DNA of 64,000 nt from an uncultured Candidatus Bathyarchaeia archaeon. GTDB taxonomy: Archaea > Thermoproteota > Bathyarchaeia > Hecatellales > Hecatellaceae. The stretch's first letter is position 1; every line of letters begins with the position of its first letter. Made by a program: the position numbers and the translations under genes. The stretch covers positions 169-64,168 of the forward strand of contig CAZAHF010000002.1 of NCBI GenBank assembly GCA_964484995.1, read 5' to 3'. Below the pieces are notes generated by a model. The model was not told the origin of the DNA. It did not search any database and saw only the letters and a list, made by a program, of their open reading frames with translations. Of this stretch, positions 29,323-39,262 are shown one piece after another.

Positions 29323-29760
29323 TTATGTTTTGGTTGCGCCTAGTATTTTTGCAACCTTCTCAAGCTCCTCATCGGATAATGGAGGGATTTTTAGCCAACA
29401 AAGATAGCTTGCTTCTAGCATCAGGTCCCATGCACTCTCCCCCAAAGAGGGAATTAGAAGGATATGTGTATGACCTGGAATTCTCATCCCTCTAATGAAT
29501 GTAGTTAGGTATTTAGGTTTAAGTTTTTCAAGAATCTTTTTAGCTACATACTTTACAGCTCTAAAAAGTTTAGCAACCTCGTCATCTTCCAAGTCATAGT
29601 ATTTGCTAATATGTTTCTTTGGAAAAACAACACACTGACCTATGTTTCTAGCATCCATTATCGGTTTAATATCAAGAATTGCTAAAGCAAAATCATCCTC
29701 ATAAACTTTCCAAGCCTTTAGTTTACCCTCAGCAATTTTACAAAAAACACACTCCTCCAT
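29323..29760 (-). CDS. HIT family protein (HINT-like)
   Basis: N-terminal CVFCKI and histidine triad GHTHILLIP. Confidence 0.75.
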   Translation of the reverse strand: MEECVFCKIAEGKLKAWKVYEDDFALAILDIKPIMDARNIGQCVVFPKKHISKYYDLEDDEVAKLFRAVKYVAKKILEKLKPKYLTTFIRGMRIPGHTHILLIPSLGESAWDLMLEASYLCWLKIPPLSDEELEKVAKILGATKT

Positions 29761-29816
29761 TTTTCATCTACCAAATACGGATAATATTTTTCGTAAAGAA
29801 GAGGTCAAAACCTATT

Positions 29817-30398
29817 TTAGGCTTTCCACCACTTAAACATTAGGTAGGTTATTTTTTTAGTCTTAAGGTTTGGTATTGCTATAATAAACCTTTTTCTTAC
29901 AGTTGTTGCTAACCTTCCAGCTCTAACTATTTCTGTTGCATCTATAGTCTCTTCTGGCTTTTTAACTTGAATTAAGTAGGGTGCATGGTCTATACCAGGC
30001 CCATGCTCATAAACAGCAAAATCACACCCAAACTTTATTCCAGGCTGAACGATTAAGCTATGTTCCCTTAAATCTTTGTAAACCATATATTTTAACAGGA
30101 AGTTCTCATAGGTTTCTTTAGCCTTCTTTATAAGCTCTTTCTTTGTTAATTCCCTACCATCCATGTAAATTGTTAAAATTCCCTTTTCCTTTAGATATAA
30201 TCCCTCTAGAAGGTCTAAAAGTAGTGGAACCTTAAATTCTGGTGTTTTTGGTTTGGGTATTCCAAGAGGCTTCCCATAATATCCAAGCTTATAAAGTTCA
30301 CTTCCTTGTTTAGGGTCCCATACCACAAGCCTATTTTCAACCAAGTAAGCTTCAAATCTTGTTTTTTGCATGGCTTCTTTCCTAGGTTGTGATAGCAA
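29817..30398 (-). CDS. endA: tRNA-splicing endonuclease subunit (EndA)
   Basis: C-terminal catalytic domain pattern YKDLREHSLIVQPGIKFGCDFAVYEHGPGIDHAPYLIQV characteristic of archaeal EndA. Confidence 0.8.
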   Translation of the reverse strand: MLSQPRKEAMQKTRFEAYLVENRLVVWDPKQGSELYKLGYYGKPLGIPKPKTPEFKVPLLLDLLEGLYLKEKGILTIYMDGRELTKKELIKKAKETYENFLLKYMVYKDLREHSLIVQPGIKFGCDFAVYEHGPGIDHAPYLIQVKKPEETIDATEIVRAGRLATTVRKRFIIAIPNLKTKKITYLMFKWWKA

Positions 30399-31041
30399 GA
30401 ATCCTTGCTATATCACTAGCATTTTCACAAACATCAGCTATTCCCTCTAAAAACTCTGCAACCTCTCTAAGCAACAAAATTATGGAAACCTTCATTTTAC
30501 TTGACAGGATTGTTAAATCAACCTTTCGATAAATGTTGTCAACTATTTTTTCAGCTGACTCAACGTTTTCAGCAGCCTCAAAAACTTTTGGACCACCATA
30601 AACAAGAGCAAGAATTGTTTCTCTAAGCCTAATAACACAGTCAAGTACAGCCTCAGCAAGATTCCCTATCTCTTTTACTACCTCCATTTTGACAGGTAAC
30701 CTTCTTTTAGTTAACTCCATAATTCGATAAGATATACCTGTACAATAATCAGATATTGTTTCAACCTCTGACGATAAACGGATAAAATCATCTCTACTTA
30801 AAAGAACAGCCCCTACTTCAGCAACCTCCATCATTAGAGCTCTCTTTTTTGCAGCAGACTCTTCATTATGTTTTATAACATTGTTATGATGCTGATAAAC
30901 TTGGTTTTCATCACCTGTTTGGTATGCGGATATTAGAAGACAAACTTCACGTAGAGTATCTAAAACTTTTCTCATGTGGTCTTGACAGATTTCAAGAATT
31001 CTTCGTCTTAACTGTTCACTTGTTTCCCGAGGAAAAGTCAC
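30382..31041 (-). CDS. DUF47/PhoU-like putative phosphate-transport regulator family protein
   Basis: 219 aa all-helical protein; length and pattern fit the TIGR00153/DUF47 family; 17-nt overlap with endA. Confidence 0.5.
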   Translation of the reverse strand: MTFPRETSEQLRRRILEICQDHMRKVLDTLREVCLLISAYQTGDENQVYQHHNNVIKHNEESAAKKRALMMEVAEVGAVLLSRDDFIRLSSEVETISDYCTGISYRIMELTKRRLPVKMEVVKEIGNLAEAVLDCVIRLRETILALVYGGPKVFEAAENVESAEKIVDNIYRKVDLTILSSKMKVSIILLLREVAEFLEGIADVCENASDIARILAITT

Positions 31042-31178
31042 CTATTAATCCACCTTTTAAGCCTTAAAGACTTGAAAACAAAATAGCAGGTCTTATTTAA
31101 AAAATTAGCGTTTAAAAGTCTCCTCTTTAAATACCAGTAAATATAGAGAATTTAAGCGTAACTTTTGGAGGGAAAAAG

Positions 31179-31589
31179 TTGAAAGTCTTTTTTCATGAAT
31201 TTACAGTTTCAACCAGAAAACGAGTAGAGGTTGTGGACGTAACTCTTCAGGTTGAAGAAGCCGTAGCAAAATCTGGGGTAAAGGATGGTTTATGTTTAAT
31301 TCATGCACCTCATGCAACAGCAGCTATTGTTGCAAACGAGAATGAGTCTGGGCTTCTCCATGACATAGTTAAGAAGATTGAAGAAGTTTTTCCCGCTGGT
31401 GTTGGCTACCAGCATGATAGAATAGATGATAATGCTCATGCACATCTAGTTTCAACATTTATTGGTTCATCAAGAATTTTTCCAGTTAAAAACTCAAGAA
31501 TTTTAAGGGGAACTTGGCAAAACATTTTTCTTGTTGAAGCGGACGGCCCAAGAACTCGTAGGATTATTGTTGAGGTTTTTGGTGAATAG
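31179..31589 (+). CDS. YjbQ/UPF0047 family protein (secondary thiamine-phosphate synthase-like)
   Basis: 136 aa; conserved LCLIHAPHATAAIVANENE and HDRIDDNAHAHL motifs; TTG start with GGAGGG SD. Confidence 0.8.
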   Translation: MKVFFHEFTVSTRKRVEVVDVTLQVEEAVAKSGVKDGLCLIHAPHATAAIVANENESGLLHDIVKKIEEVFPAGVGYQHDRIDDNAHAHLVSTFIGSSRIFPVKNSRILRGTWQNIFLVEADGPRTRRIIVEVFGE

Positions 31590-31594
31590 TATTT

Positions 31595-33355
31595 TTAGCT
31601 GATCTTAACTAGGTCTTTAAACTCAAGTTTCTCCTTAAAATATTTTTCTAAAGCCAAAGGGAGTTTTTCAATTTTTATTCTGATTTGCTCCCAGGTATCA
31701 CGGTCTCTAAGGGTTACCGTATTATCTTGAAGTGTTTGGTAGTCTACGGTTACAGCTAAGGGAGTTCCAACCTCATCCATCCGTGCATATCTTCTTCCTA
31801 TACTTCCAGACTCATCATATTCAACAACAAAGCCATGGCTTAGAAGCATACCATAGACCTCTTTAGCTTTTTCAGGAAGACCATCCCTACTCATTAAAGG
31901 AAAAACAGCAACCTCTATTGGGGCAAGATCTCTAGGCAGCCTTAAAACAACTCTACCCTCCTTCTCAGAATAAGCATATTCAAGAGCCGCATAGAAAAGT
32001 CTATCTAAACCAAAAGATGGTTCAGCAACGTTTGGCAAAATTCTCTTACCCTTTTCTTCAACAATCTCCTCCCTTATATTTACATGGTTAGGGGTTATCT
32101 TGTAGGTTTTACCGTTACCTCTAAGGCTATAAAACCCATCATTTTTTAAAGCTTCAGCAAGAATTTCAGGTTGAGAAAGAATTATTAACCTAGCAACTCT
32201 TAAAGCTTCTTCACCAAAATCTTTTGCAAGACTTTTTTTGTTAGGCTCAACAACCAATTTTTTAACCTTCTGAGGATTATCGTATGGAATAAAGACTCTA
32301 AGATCCTCACCACTATAAACCATATGCATTTTTAAGTCATAGTTTGAACGCCAAGCATGACCTGAAAGCTCAACAGCTCCCCATCTTGAAAGTTCAACAA
32401 GCTGATCATAAGTTTGAGTTGAATAATGAGCTCTTTCATTTGGAAGTTTCTCTTTAAAAAACTGTTTTTCAGCAGGAACACCTAACATTTCAACAAATTT
32501 TTTTGCTTTAACCATAAAGTAGGCATTCCACTCAGATTTTATGTAACCCTTTTCTAAGGCTTCTTTAACAGTAACCTCCACAGGCTCAGTTACCCCTTCT
32601 AACAAAAGTTTTTCTGGTAGGAGTCTAAGCTTCTCATCTTTAACCCCAAAAATTTTTTCACATTTTGGATTTTCAGGGTCAAAGAAAAACTCGATTTCCA
32701 TAATTGTTAATTCTCTAAGCCTAATAGGACCTTGCCTAGGGGAAATTTCGTTTCTTACACATCTACCAACCTGTGCAACACCAAAAGGTAGTTTTCCTCT
32801 AGCAAGCTCATAAAGCCTTTTAAAGTTTGAAAAAATACCTTGAGCGGTCTCAGGTCTTCCATAACCAACGTTTTCACTATAAGGCCCTATTGTTGTCTTA
32901 AAAAGTTCATTAAAAAATTTTGGAGGTTCAAGTTCCCCCTTACATTCAGGACAACGGATATTTTTTTCCTCCATTTTTTTATGGAGTTCTTCTAGGGTTA
33001 AACCTTCACAAGATTCTTTTGCCTGTTCTTCAAGCAAATGGTCTGCACGCCATTTTCTACCACAGTTTTTACATGTTGTAATCGGGTCTGTAAAGTAGGT
33101 TGTGTGGCCTGAAGCTTCAAAAACTATACTTGGTGCAAGTATAGGTGTATCTATAAGCATTAAACCTTCTTTTCTTACAAATTCATCAATCCATTTCTGC
33201 TCTATTTTTCTTTTTAGTAGGGTTCCTAGAGGCCCATAATCTATAAAGCCGCTTTCTCCACCATAAATTTCATAAGATTGCCAGAAGAACCCTCTTCTTC
33301 TTGCAAGCTCCATGATTTTTTGACATTTATCCGTGTTGGACAAAAACTCACCCAA
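31595..33355 (-). CDS. glyS: glycine--tRNA ligase, archaeal/eukaryotic alpha2 type
   Basis: 586 aa; class II aaRS motifs, Zn-ribbon insertion CKNCGRKWRAD...CPECKGE, anticodon-binding domain. Confidence 0.9.
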   Translation of the reverse strand: MGEFLSNTDKCQKIMELARRRGFFWQSYEIYGGESGFIDYGPLGTLLKRKIEQKWIDEFVRKEGLMLIDTPILAPSIVFEASGHTTYFTDPITTCKNCGRKWRADHLLEEQAKESCEGLTLEELHKKMEEKNIRCPECKGELEPPKFFNELFKTTIGPYSENVGYGRPETAQGIFSNFKRLYELARGKLPFGVAQVGRCVRNEISPRQGPIRLRELTIMEIEFFFDPENPKCEKIFGVKDEKLRLLPEKLLLEGVTEPVEVTVKEALEKGYIKSEWNAYFMVKAKKFVEMLGVPAEKQFFKEKLPNERAHYSTQTYDQLVELSRWGAVELSGHAWRSNYDLKMHMVYSGEDLRVFIPYDNPQKVKKLVVEPNKKSLAKDFGEEALRVARLIILSQPEILAEALKNDGFYSLRGNGKTYKITPNHVNIREEIVEEKGKRILPNVAEPSFGLDRLFYAALEYAYSEKEGRVVLRLPRDLAPIEVAVFPLMSRDGLPEKAKEVYGMLLSHGFVVEYDESGSIGRRYARMDEVGTPLAVTVDYQTLQDNTVTLRDRDTWEQIRIKIEKLPLALEKYFKEKLEFKDLVKIS

Positions 33356-33424
33356 AGATTTCTTCTAAGTTATCAGAATTATCTGTTAATTAAACGTTAC
33401 TTTAAGCTATAGTTGGGTTAAGGC

Positions 33425-33449
33425 TTATAGGTTTAAGCTAAACCTATAA
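33425..33449. promoter_or_regulatory. perfect 11-bp inverted repeat TTATAGGTTTA-agc-TAAACCTATAA in the glyS/marC divergent promoter region
   Basis: read directly from the sequence; overlaps TATA-like TATAATAAA; about 45 nt upstream of the marC-like start. Confidence 0.4.
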
Positions 33450-33494
33450 TAAACCTAAGTATTCCCTTAAGAATTTAGGGAGGAAAAAAGGGTT

Positions 33495-34091
33495 TTGGAC
33501 CCTACTTTTCTCCACGAGTTTCTGAAAGCTGTTATAGCTCTGTTTATCATAGTTGACCCTTTAGGGAATGTACCCATCTTTATAGGTTTAACTGAGAACA
33601 TGAATAGTAATGAGAGAAAGAAGACTTTTCGTGTAGCTGTTATTGTTTCTTTTGTGCTTTTAATGGTTTTTGCAGTTCTTGGCCAACAGCTTCTAGCCAT
33701 TTTTGGGATTTCAATTTATAGTTTTATGGTTGCAGGTGGAATCCTGTTAATGGTTATAGCAATCAAAATCCTTGTTTTTGGTGGATGGGAGGAAAGGGTT
33801 ATATCCCCTGAAAGCGTTGGAGCAGTACCTATAGCATGTCCGTTGCTTGCAGGTCCAGGCGCAATAACTACAACCATAGTAATTCTTCAAACTTCGGGTT
33901 TAGCGGTTACAATTTTATCTGTTTTGGTGATTTCTCTTATTGTCTGGCTTGTTTTTAATTTTATAGACCCAATTCATGGTTTTCTTGGTAAAACCGGTTC
34001 AGCGGTAATTGCAAGGGTAATGGCCATATTTATAGCAGCAATAGCTATAGGTTTTATTGTTGAAGGCTTAAAACATTACATGATTCTATAG
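33495..34091 (+). CDS. MarC family (UPF0056) integral membrane protein
   Basis: 198 aa; N-terminal ALFIIVDPLGNVPIFIGLTENM signature of the MarC family. Confidence 0.8.
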   Translation: MDPTFLHEFLKAVIALFIIVDPLGNVPIFIGLTENMNSNERKKTFRVAVIVSFVLLMVFAVLGQQLLAIFGISIYSFMVAGGILLMVIAIKILVFGGWEERVISPESVGAVPIACPLLAGPGAITTTIVILQTSGLAVTILSVLVISLIVWLVFNFIDPIHGFLGKTGSAVIARVMAIFIAAIAIGFIVEGLKHYMIL

Positions 34092-34100
34092 GGATTTTTC

Positions 34101-35306
34101 TTGGAAATCTATGATGTTGTTGTAGTTGGAGGAGGACCTATAGGCTCTAGGGTTGCATATCTAACCGCAAAAAAGGGGTTAAAAACTTTACTTGTTGAAG
34201 AACATAAAACGTTTGGTAAACCTTTACATTGTGCTGGAAAAATTTATGCTAAAGCCTTTGAAGAATTTAACCTGCCAAAAGAGGCTATTATTAATGAGGT
34301 TAAGGGAGCATATTTTTACTCCCCAGACGGCTACATGTTTAAAGTTTCTAGGAGTGAAGTAGACTCTTACATTGTTGATAGAGAAGTTTTAGATCTTAAA
34401 CTAGCTGAGAGAGCTTATGATGCTGGAGCAATTTTAAAGTTAAACACAAAATGTTACAATTTCGAAAAGAAAAACCAAGACTATGTTGTAAAGCTAAAAC
34501 AGGAAGGTTTAAAGTTTGAGGTAAAAACGAGGGTTTTAGTTGATGCTGAAGGATGGAACTCCCTAATTGCTAGAAGAATAGGTTTACATAAAGGTTTGGG
34601 CTATTTAAAAGGTATTCAATATGAAATGGTTAATGTTGATTTTAACCATGAAAACTTTGTTGAACTTTACTTTGGAAACAAATTTTTTCCAGGTTTTTTT
34701 GGTTGGATTATTCCTTTAGAAGATAGGAAAGCAAGGGTTGGACTTTGTGTAAACAAGGATTTAACATCTAAACCTCCAACCTATTATCTTAAAAAAACTC
34801 TAAAATTTAACCCAAGAATTTCAAAAAAGATTGGGAAAGGAAAAATCATAAGGGTTTTTGGGGGAATAATTCCTATTCACGGTCCACTAAAAAAGATTGT
34901 TTGGGATAAAATTGTCTTGGTTGGGGATTCTGCAGGTCAGGTTAAGTCAACAACAGGTGGCGGGTTGTATTTTGGTTTAAACGCTGCAGGTTTAGCTGGA
35001 AAAATAATTTCTAAGTTTTTAGAAACTGGGGAACCTAAAATCCTAGAGTTTTACGGGAAAATGTTTTGGGAAAAATTTGGAAAAGAACTTAAATTTACCT
35101 CTTTGTTACGTAGAATATTGGACAAATTTTCTGACGATGAGTTAAACTATATTTTTAAGGTGATAGGTGAGAATAGGAAATTTTTAGCTAAGGTTGAAGA
35201 AGAATGTTCTTCTCAAACTCAGTTTAAAGTTTTTAGGCTTATGATTAAAAACCCAAAACTTTTATTAAAACTTGTAAAATTTACTCCAAAATTCTTTCTG
35301 TGGTAA
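34101..35306 (+). CDS. geranylgeranyl reductase family FAD-dependent oxidoreductase
   Basis: YDVVVVGGGPIGSRVAYLTAKKG dinucleotide-binding motif; overall GGR-family pattern including the C-terminal extension. Confidence 0.8.
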   Translation: MEIYDVVVVGGGPIGSRVAYLTAKKGLKTLLVEEHKTFGKPLHCAGKIYAKAFEEFNLPKEAIINEVKGAYFYSPDGYMFKVSRSEVDSYIVDREVLDLKLAERAYDAGAILKLNTKCYNFEKKNQDYVVKLKQEGLKFEVKTRVLVDAEGWNSLIARRIGLHKGLGYLKGIQYEMVNVDFNHENFVELYFGNKFFPGFFGWIIPLEDRKARVGLCVNKDLTSKPPTYYLKKTLKFNPRISKKIGKGKIIRVFGGIIPIHGPLKKIVWDKIVLVGDSAGQVKSTTGGGLYFGLNAAGLAGKIISKFLETGEPKILEFYGKMFWEKFGKELKFTSLLRRILDKFSDDELNYIFKVIGENRKFLAKVEEECSSQTQFKVFRLMIKNPKLLLKLVKFTPKFFLW

Positions 35307-35361
35307 GGCTTATAAGGCTTTTAAAAAATATTCCCTTATCAAAGCCTTCAGGGGATGTTTT

Positions 35362-37842
35362 GTGCTACGACCAGTTCGGATGGCTAGAGTTGAAGTTGTA
35401 GCCCCTATAGATAAAGTTGATAAGATTGTTAGAAGCATAGGAAACCTTGGGATTGTTCATTTTATTGATGTTGCAAAAACAAAAGAAAAAAAGTATAAGG
35501 GTGTAGCTGAAGAAGTAAGAAGAGTTGAAAGAGAAAATCTTCTTCTTCAACTTTCAAGTAGAATAAATAATTTGGTAAAAAAACTTGAGAAGGTTCCATA
35601 TCCAAATCCTATACCAGTTGAAGAAGATCCTGATAAAGTTTTAAAAGAGGTTGAGGAAAGAATAAGCAGCCTAGAAATTGAATGCGCAAAAATAGAGAAT
35701 ATGATGAAAGAGCTAAACGAAGAAAAAGCCTCATTAGAAAGAGATGTTCGCCAGCTTTATGAAGAACATGAAAATACAAAAAGGTTTTTAACCGAAAATA
35801 AAGTTAATCTTACAACACTTACAACTCTCTCTCCCAAAACTTTAGCACTTAAAGATCAGATAAGAAGCCTTTACGACGACTTAGTTGATATCCAAAGAAA
35901 TCTCGCTTTTATAGATACTGCTGGAAAAATGACTTCAAGCCATATGCCAATTCCAAATGATGAGGCTGAACTAAAAAAGCTTAATGAAAACGTAGAGGAA
36001 ACTTTAACACTTAACCAGGTGGTTAGAAGAGATATTCCAGAAGCTGCTGAGGAAGCAAACCGGATTGAAGCTATACTTAATGAGATAAAAGAGGTTATTG
36101 GAAGAAAAATTGAAGCTTTAGAAAAAATTGGAGATATAAAATCACGGGCTGACCAACTTAGAGGTAAGGTTAACAAGATTGAGGAAGATTTAACTAGTGA
36201 GGCTGCTAGTTTATTAGGGGAGAATTTTCGTTCAAGTCTTAAGGAAATTTTCAGCTTAGCTGAAAGTTTTAAGGCTTTAAGTTTAGGCTCACCCAAGGTT
36301 GAAGAGTTAGTAGGAAAAACTTCAAGTTTAATTTATGAGGTACGTAGAGGATTTGATATTCTGGAAAACGCTGAAAGATATTTAACTTTAGATTCTGTGA
36401 GAAGACTTGTAGAAGAGATTCGTGGAGGAGATATTGAATCTATAAAAACTGTTTTTGAAGAAAGTAGAGAGCTGTTAGCTAAACTTCCTATAAGACATCT
36501 TAAAACTGTTGAAAGAGCTTTTAACATTCTTAGTATGGAGCATAGAATCCAGGAGCTTACAAAAGAACCTATAAAGTTAAAGGAAAAGATAGCTACAATC
36601 GCCCAAAAGTCTGACTATATTCATGCATACAATGAGATTGTTGAAATTGAGCTTATGATAGAAAACCTTTACAAAAAGTTTAGGCAGACAGGGAAAACAT
36701 GTGTTTTTGAGGTTTGGGTTAAAAAGGAAGATGTAGATAAAACTGTAAACACAATAAAGGAAGCTTGTCCTGCCGCTATTATAAATGTGGCTAGGGAAGA
36801 AGAGGGAGATAAGCCTCCAACCTACATGAAAAACCCTAAGATAGCTGAGCCTTATGAGAAGCTTGTTGCTGCTTACGGTCTTCCAAACTATCATGAGCTT
36901 GATCCAACAATTATAACACTAATTACTTTCCCACTGATTTTTGGTTTAATGTTTGGAGATATGGGGCATGGTTTAATTCTTCTCATAGGTGGATTACTTA
37001 TACCTAAAATTTGGAGTAAAGCTAAGCTTCAGGGGGAAATTTGGGATGCTATCTATAAGGGCAGGAATCTTATAGTTCTTTGTGGTCTTACCGCAACGGT
37101 TTTTGGGTTTCTTTATGGTGAGTTTTTTGGTCCAACAACCATCCATTATGCAGCTCACCATCATGGTATTCCAACATGGTATTCAGACTTAACAGGGTTT
37201 GAAAAAGCACCATGGTTCAGCCCGATGGAGAATCTTATAGGCTTCTTTAAGATAGCCCTAGTAATAGGGATAATTCATATAAGCTTTGGACTTGTTTTGG
37301 ATGTTGTAAACAAGCTTTTAGCTGGAGAAAAAAGAGAAGCCTTAGCTCCAATATCATGGCTTTGGTTTTATGGAAGCTTAGCTTACCTCTTTATACTTAT
37401 AATGTCACCAGAATATGGTCCAGCGGATGTCGTTTTAAACATGCGTTTACTGGTTATGTTTATTGTTGCTCCATTTGTTGGTATGCTTATCCTTCATAAG
37501 ATTGCTACAGGAGAGTTTATGGAAGCCTTTTCAGAGTCTGTAACCAAAGCTATAGAATCTATATCAAACACATTCTCCTATTCACGAATATTGGCTTTAG
37601 GTGTAACTCATGCAATCTTTAGTGAAATAGCCTTGCTTGGAGCTGGAAACCCGATAATGTTTTGGTTTGTCTTGTTTATGGTAACTCTTTTCATGATTAT
37701 AGCGTTAGAGGGAATAATAACTTTCGCCCACTCTCTTAGGCTCCATTGGGTTGAATGGTTTAGCAAATTCTATAAGGGTGATGGAACACCGTTTGAAGGC
37801 TTTATGATTAGGAGGAAATTTACTGTTGCTGGTAAAGTTTAA
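35362..37842 (+). CDS. atpI: A/V-type ATP synthase subunit I (a subunit)
   Basis: 826 aa; N-terminal MLRPVRMARVEVVAP...HFIDV; C-terminal membrane domain with the essential Arg motif SYSRILALGVTHAIFS and terminal LRLHWVEWFSKFYKGDGTPFEGF. Confidence 0.9.
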   Translation: MLRPVRMARVEVVAPIDKVDKIVRSIGNLGIVHFIDVAKTKEKKYKGVAEEVRRVERENLLLQLSSRINNLVKKLEKVPYPNPIPVEEDPDKVLKEVEERISSLEIECAKIENMMKELNEEKASLERDVRQLYEEHENTKRFLTENKVNLTTLTTLSPKTLALKDQIRSLYDDLVDIQRNLAFIDTAGKMTSSHMPIPNDEAELKKLNENVEETLTLNQVVRRDIPEAAEEANRIEAILNEIKEVIGRKIEALEKIGDIKSRADQLRGKVNKIEEDLTSEAASLLGENFRSSLKEIFSLAESFKALSLGSPKVEELVGKTSSLIYEVRRGFDILENAERYLTLDSVRRLVEEIRGGDIESIKTVFEESRELLAKLPIRHLKTVERAFNILSMEHRIQELTKEPIKLKEKIATIAQKSDYIHAYNEIVEIELMIENLYKKFRQTGKTCVFEVWVKKEDVDKTVNTIKEACPAAIINVAREEEGDKPPTYMKNPKIAEPYEKLVAAYGLPNYHELDPTIITLITFPLIFGLMFGDMGHGLILLIGGLLIPKIWSKAKLQGEIWDAIYKGRNLIVLCGLTATVFGFLYGEFFGPTTIHYAAHHHGIPTWYSDLTGFEKAPWFSPMENLIGFFKIALVIGIIHISFGLVLDVVNKLLAGEKREALAPISWLWFYGSLAYLFILIMSPEYGPADVVLNMRLLVMFIVAPFVGMLILHKIATGEFMEAFSESVTKAIESISNTFSYSRILALGVTHAIFSEIALLGAGNPIMFWFVLFMVTLFMIIALEGIITFAHSLRLHWVEWFSKFYKGDGTPFEGFMIRRKFTVAGKV

Positions 37843-38119
37843 AAGAAGCTTTCTCCAAAAGCTAGTACCACAAAAACCTGCTGAGATTCAGGGCTACTCG
37901 CTTAAGAAAATTATGCTTTTTGGGCTAATTTTACCTTGTTTTGTTGTTTTAGGGCTTTTTTCAAGCATATACGTGTCTTTAACGTTTAAGCTTCCACTAA
38001 ACATTGCATGTTTAGTTGCGTTTTTATGGACTTTTGCTGGTTTTGCTTTTGGAACGTTTATTCTGGTTCACTACTCAAATAGGATATTAAAGCATACAAA
38101 GGAGGTTAAAGAAAAGTGA
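37826..38119 (+). CDS. small hypothetical membrane protein inside the ATPase cluster
   Basis: 97 aa, two predicted TM segments; overlaps both atpI and atpC by a few nt. Confidence 0.3.
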   Translation: MLVKFKRSFLQKLVPQKPAEIQGYSLKKIMLFGLILPCFVVLGLFSSIYVSLTFKLPLNIACLVAFLWTFAGFAFGTFILVHYSNRILKHTKEVKEK

Positions 38120-39198
38120 TAAAATCAATTTATGAATATGGAGAGTTAACGGTAAGAATTAGAGGAAAAAAATCTTTTATGCTTGTAAAAAGCGACTATG
38201 ATGCTATGCTTGGTGCGGAAAGTATTCAAGCAGCCTTAAGAAGACTTGAGGGAACACGATATCACCCCTATATTTCCCAGATGCTGATAGAAGAGTTTAA
38301 TCTTGGTAAAACTGAAGAAAGTTTGACCAAAGCATACATAGACGAATTTAATTTTGTTCTTTCAAAGTTAAAAAACAGGAAAGCCTTAGAATTCTTTCAG
38401 GAACTTAACCGTTCACTTGAACTTAAAACTATAACCTCAATAATTAAGTCGATAGTTTTAGGTGTTAGTTGGGAAAAAGCATTAGAATATACTGTTCCAT
38501 TTGGAAAGATAGATAGTGTAACATGTAGAAAGCTGATTGAAGAAAAAAATGTTAAAAACGTTCTTCAGTTAATTGAAGAGGAATCTCTTGCAAGAGAAAT
38601 TGAAAAAATAATGAGTGAGACTGAAGACCCCATATTGCAGGGTAACATGATTGAATTAGCAATAAACAAACATTCATCAATGAAGATTTGGGAAAAGCTT
38701 ACGGAGTTAAAGGGAAGAGATAAACAATGTATTAGGCTTGTGGGTATTGTTATAGACATATCTAACATGATGGCTACGTTAAGGCTAAAAAAACTTGAGT
38801 TAAAACCAGATGAAATTGAAACGCATATAATTCCAGTTTATTATATGTTAGGAGAAAAGGAGGTTAAAAGAGCGGTTACAGCATCAAATGATGCTGAAGC
38901 TCTAAAGGTTTTTGTCTCAGGCAAATATGTGGATGTAATCTCACCTTTAATGAGTGCATATGAAGTTAGAAAAGACCTATCCCTGTTTGAAATAGCTCTA
39001 AGGCGTTATCATGCAAAAGAATGTGAAAGAATATTTTTCCAACCTTTCTTCCATCTTGGAGAAGCCTTAGCTTACCTCTACCTAAAACTATACGAGGTTA
39101 AAGACCTTATAGCCATACTAACTGGTAAGTACTTTAACCTTCCGGTTGATAAAATAGAGTATTCACTTGTTCTTCACCAACCACCCTACCCGATTTAG
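38116..39198 (+). CDS. atpC: A/V-type ATP synthase subunit C (d subunit)
   Basis: 360-aa all-helical protein; size, position between atpI and atpK, and overall pattern fit subunit C/d. Confidence 0.65.
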   Translation: MIKSIYEYGELTVRIRGKKSFMLVKSDYDAMLGAESIQAALRRLEGTRYHPYISQMLIEEFNLGKTEESLTKAYIDEFNFVLSKLKNRKALEFFQELNRSLELKTITSIIKSIVLGVSWEKALEYTVPFGKIDSVTCRKLIEEKNVKNVLQLIEEESLAREIEKIMSETEDPILQGNMIELAINKHSSMKIWEKLTELKGRDKQCIRLVGIVIDISNMMATLRLKKLELKPDEIETHIIPVYYMLGEKEVKRAVTASNDAEALKVFVSGKYVDVISPLMSAYEVRKDLSLFEIALRRYHAKECERIFFQPFFHLGEALAYLYLKLYEVKDLIAILTGKYFNLPVDKIEYSLVLHQPPYPI

Positions 39199-39262
39199 TC
39201 AACCGAAAGTTTTAAATCATGTATAATACAAACACCTAAACCATTAATCAAAATAGGCATAG

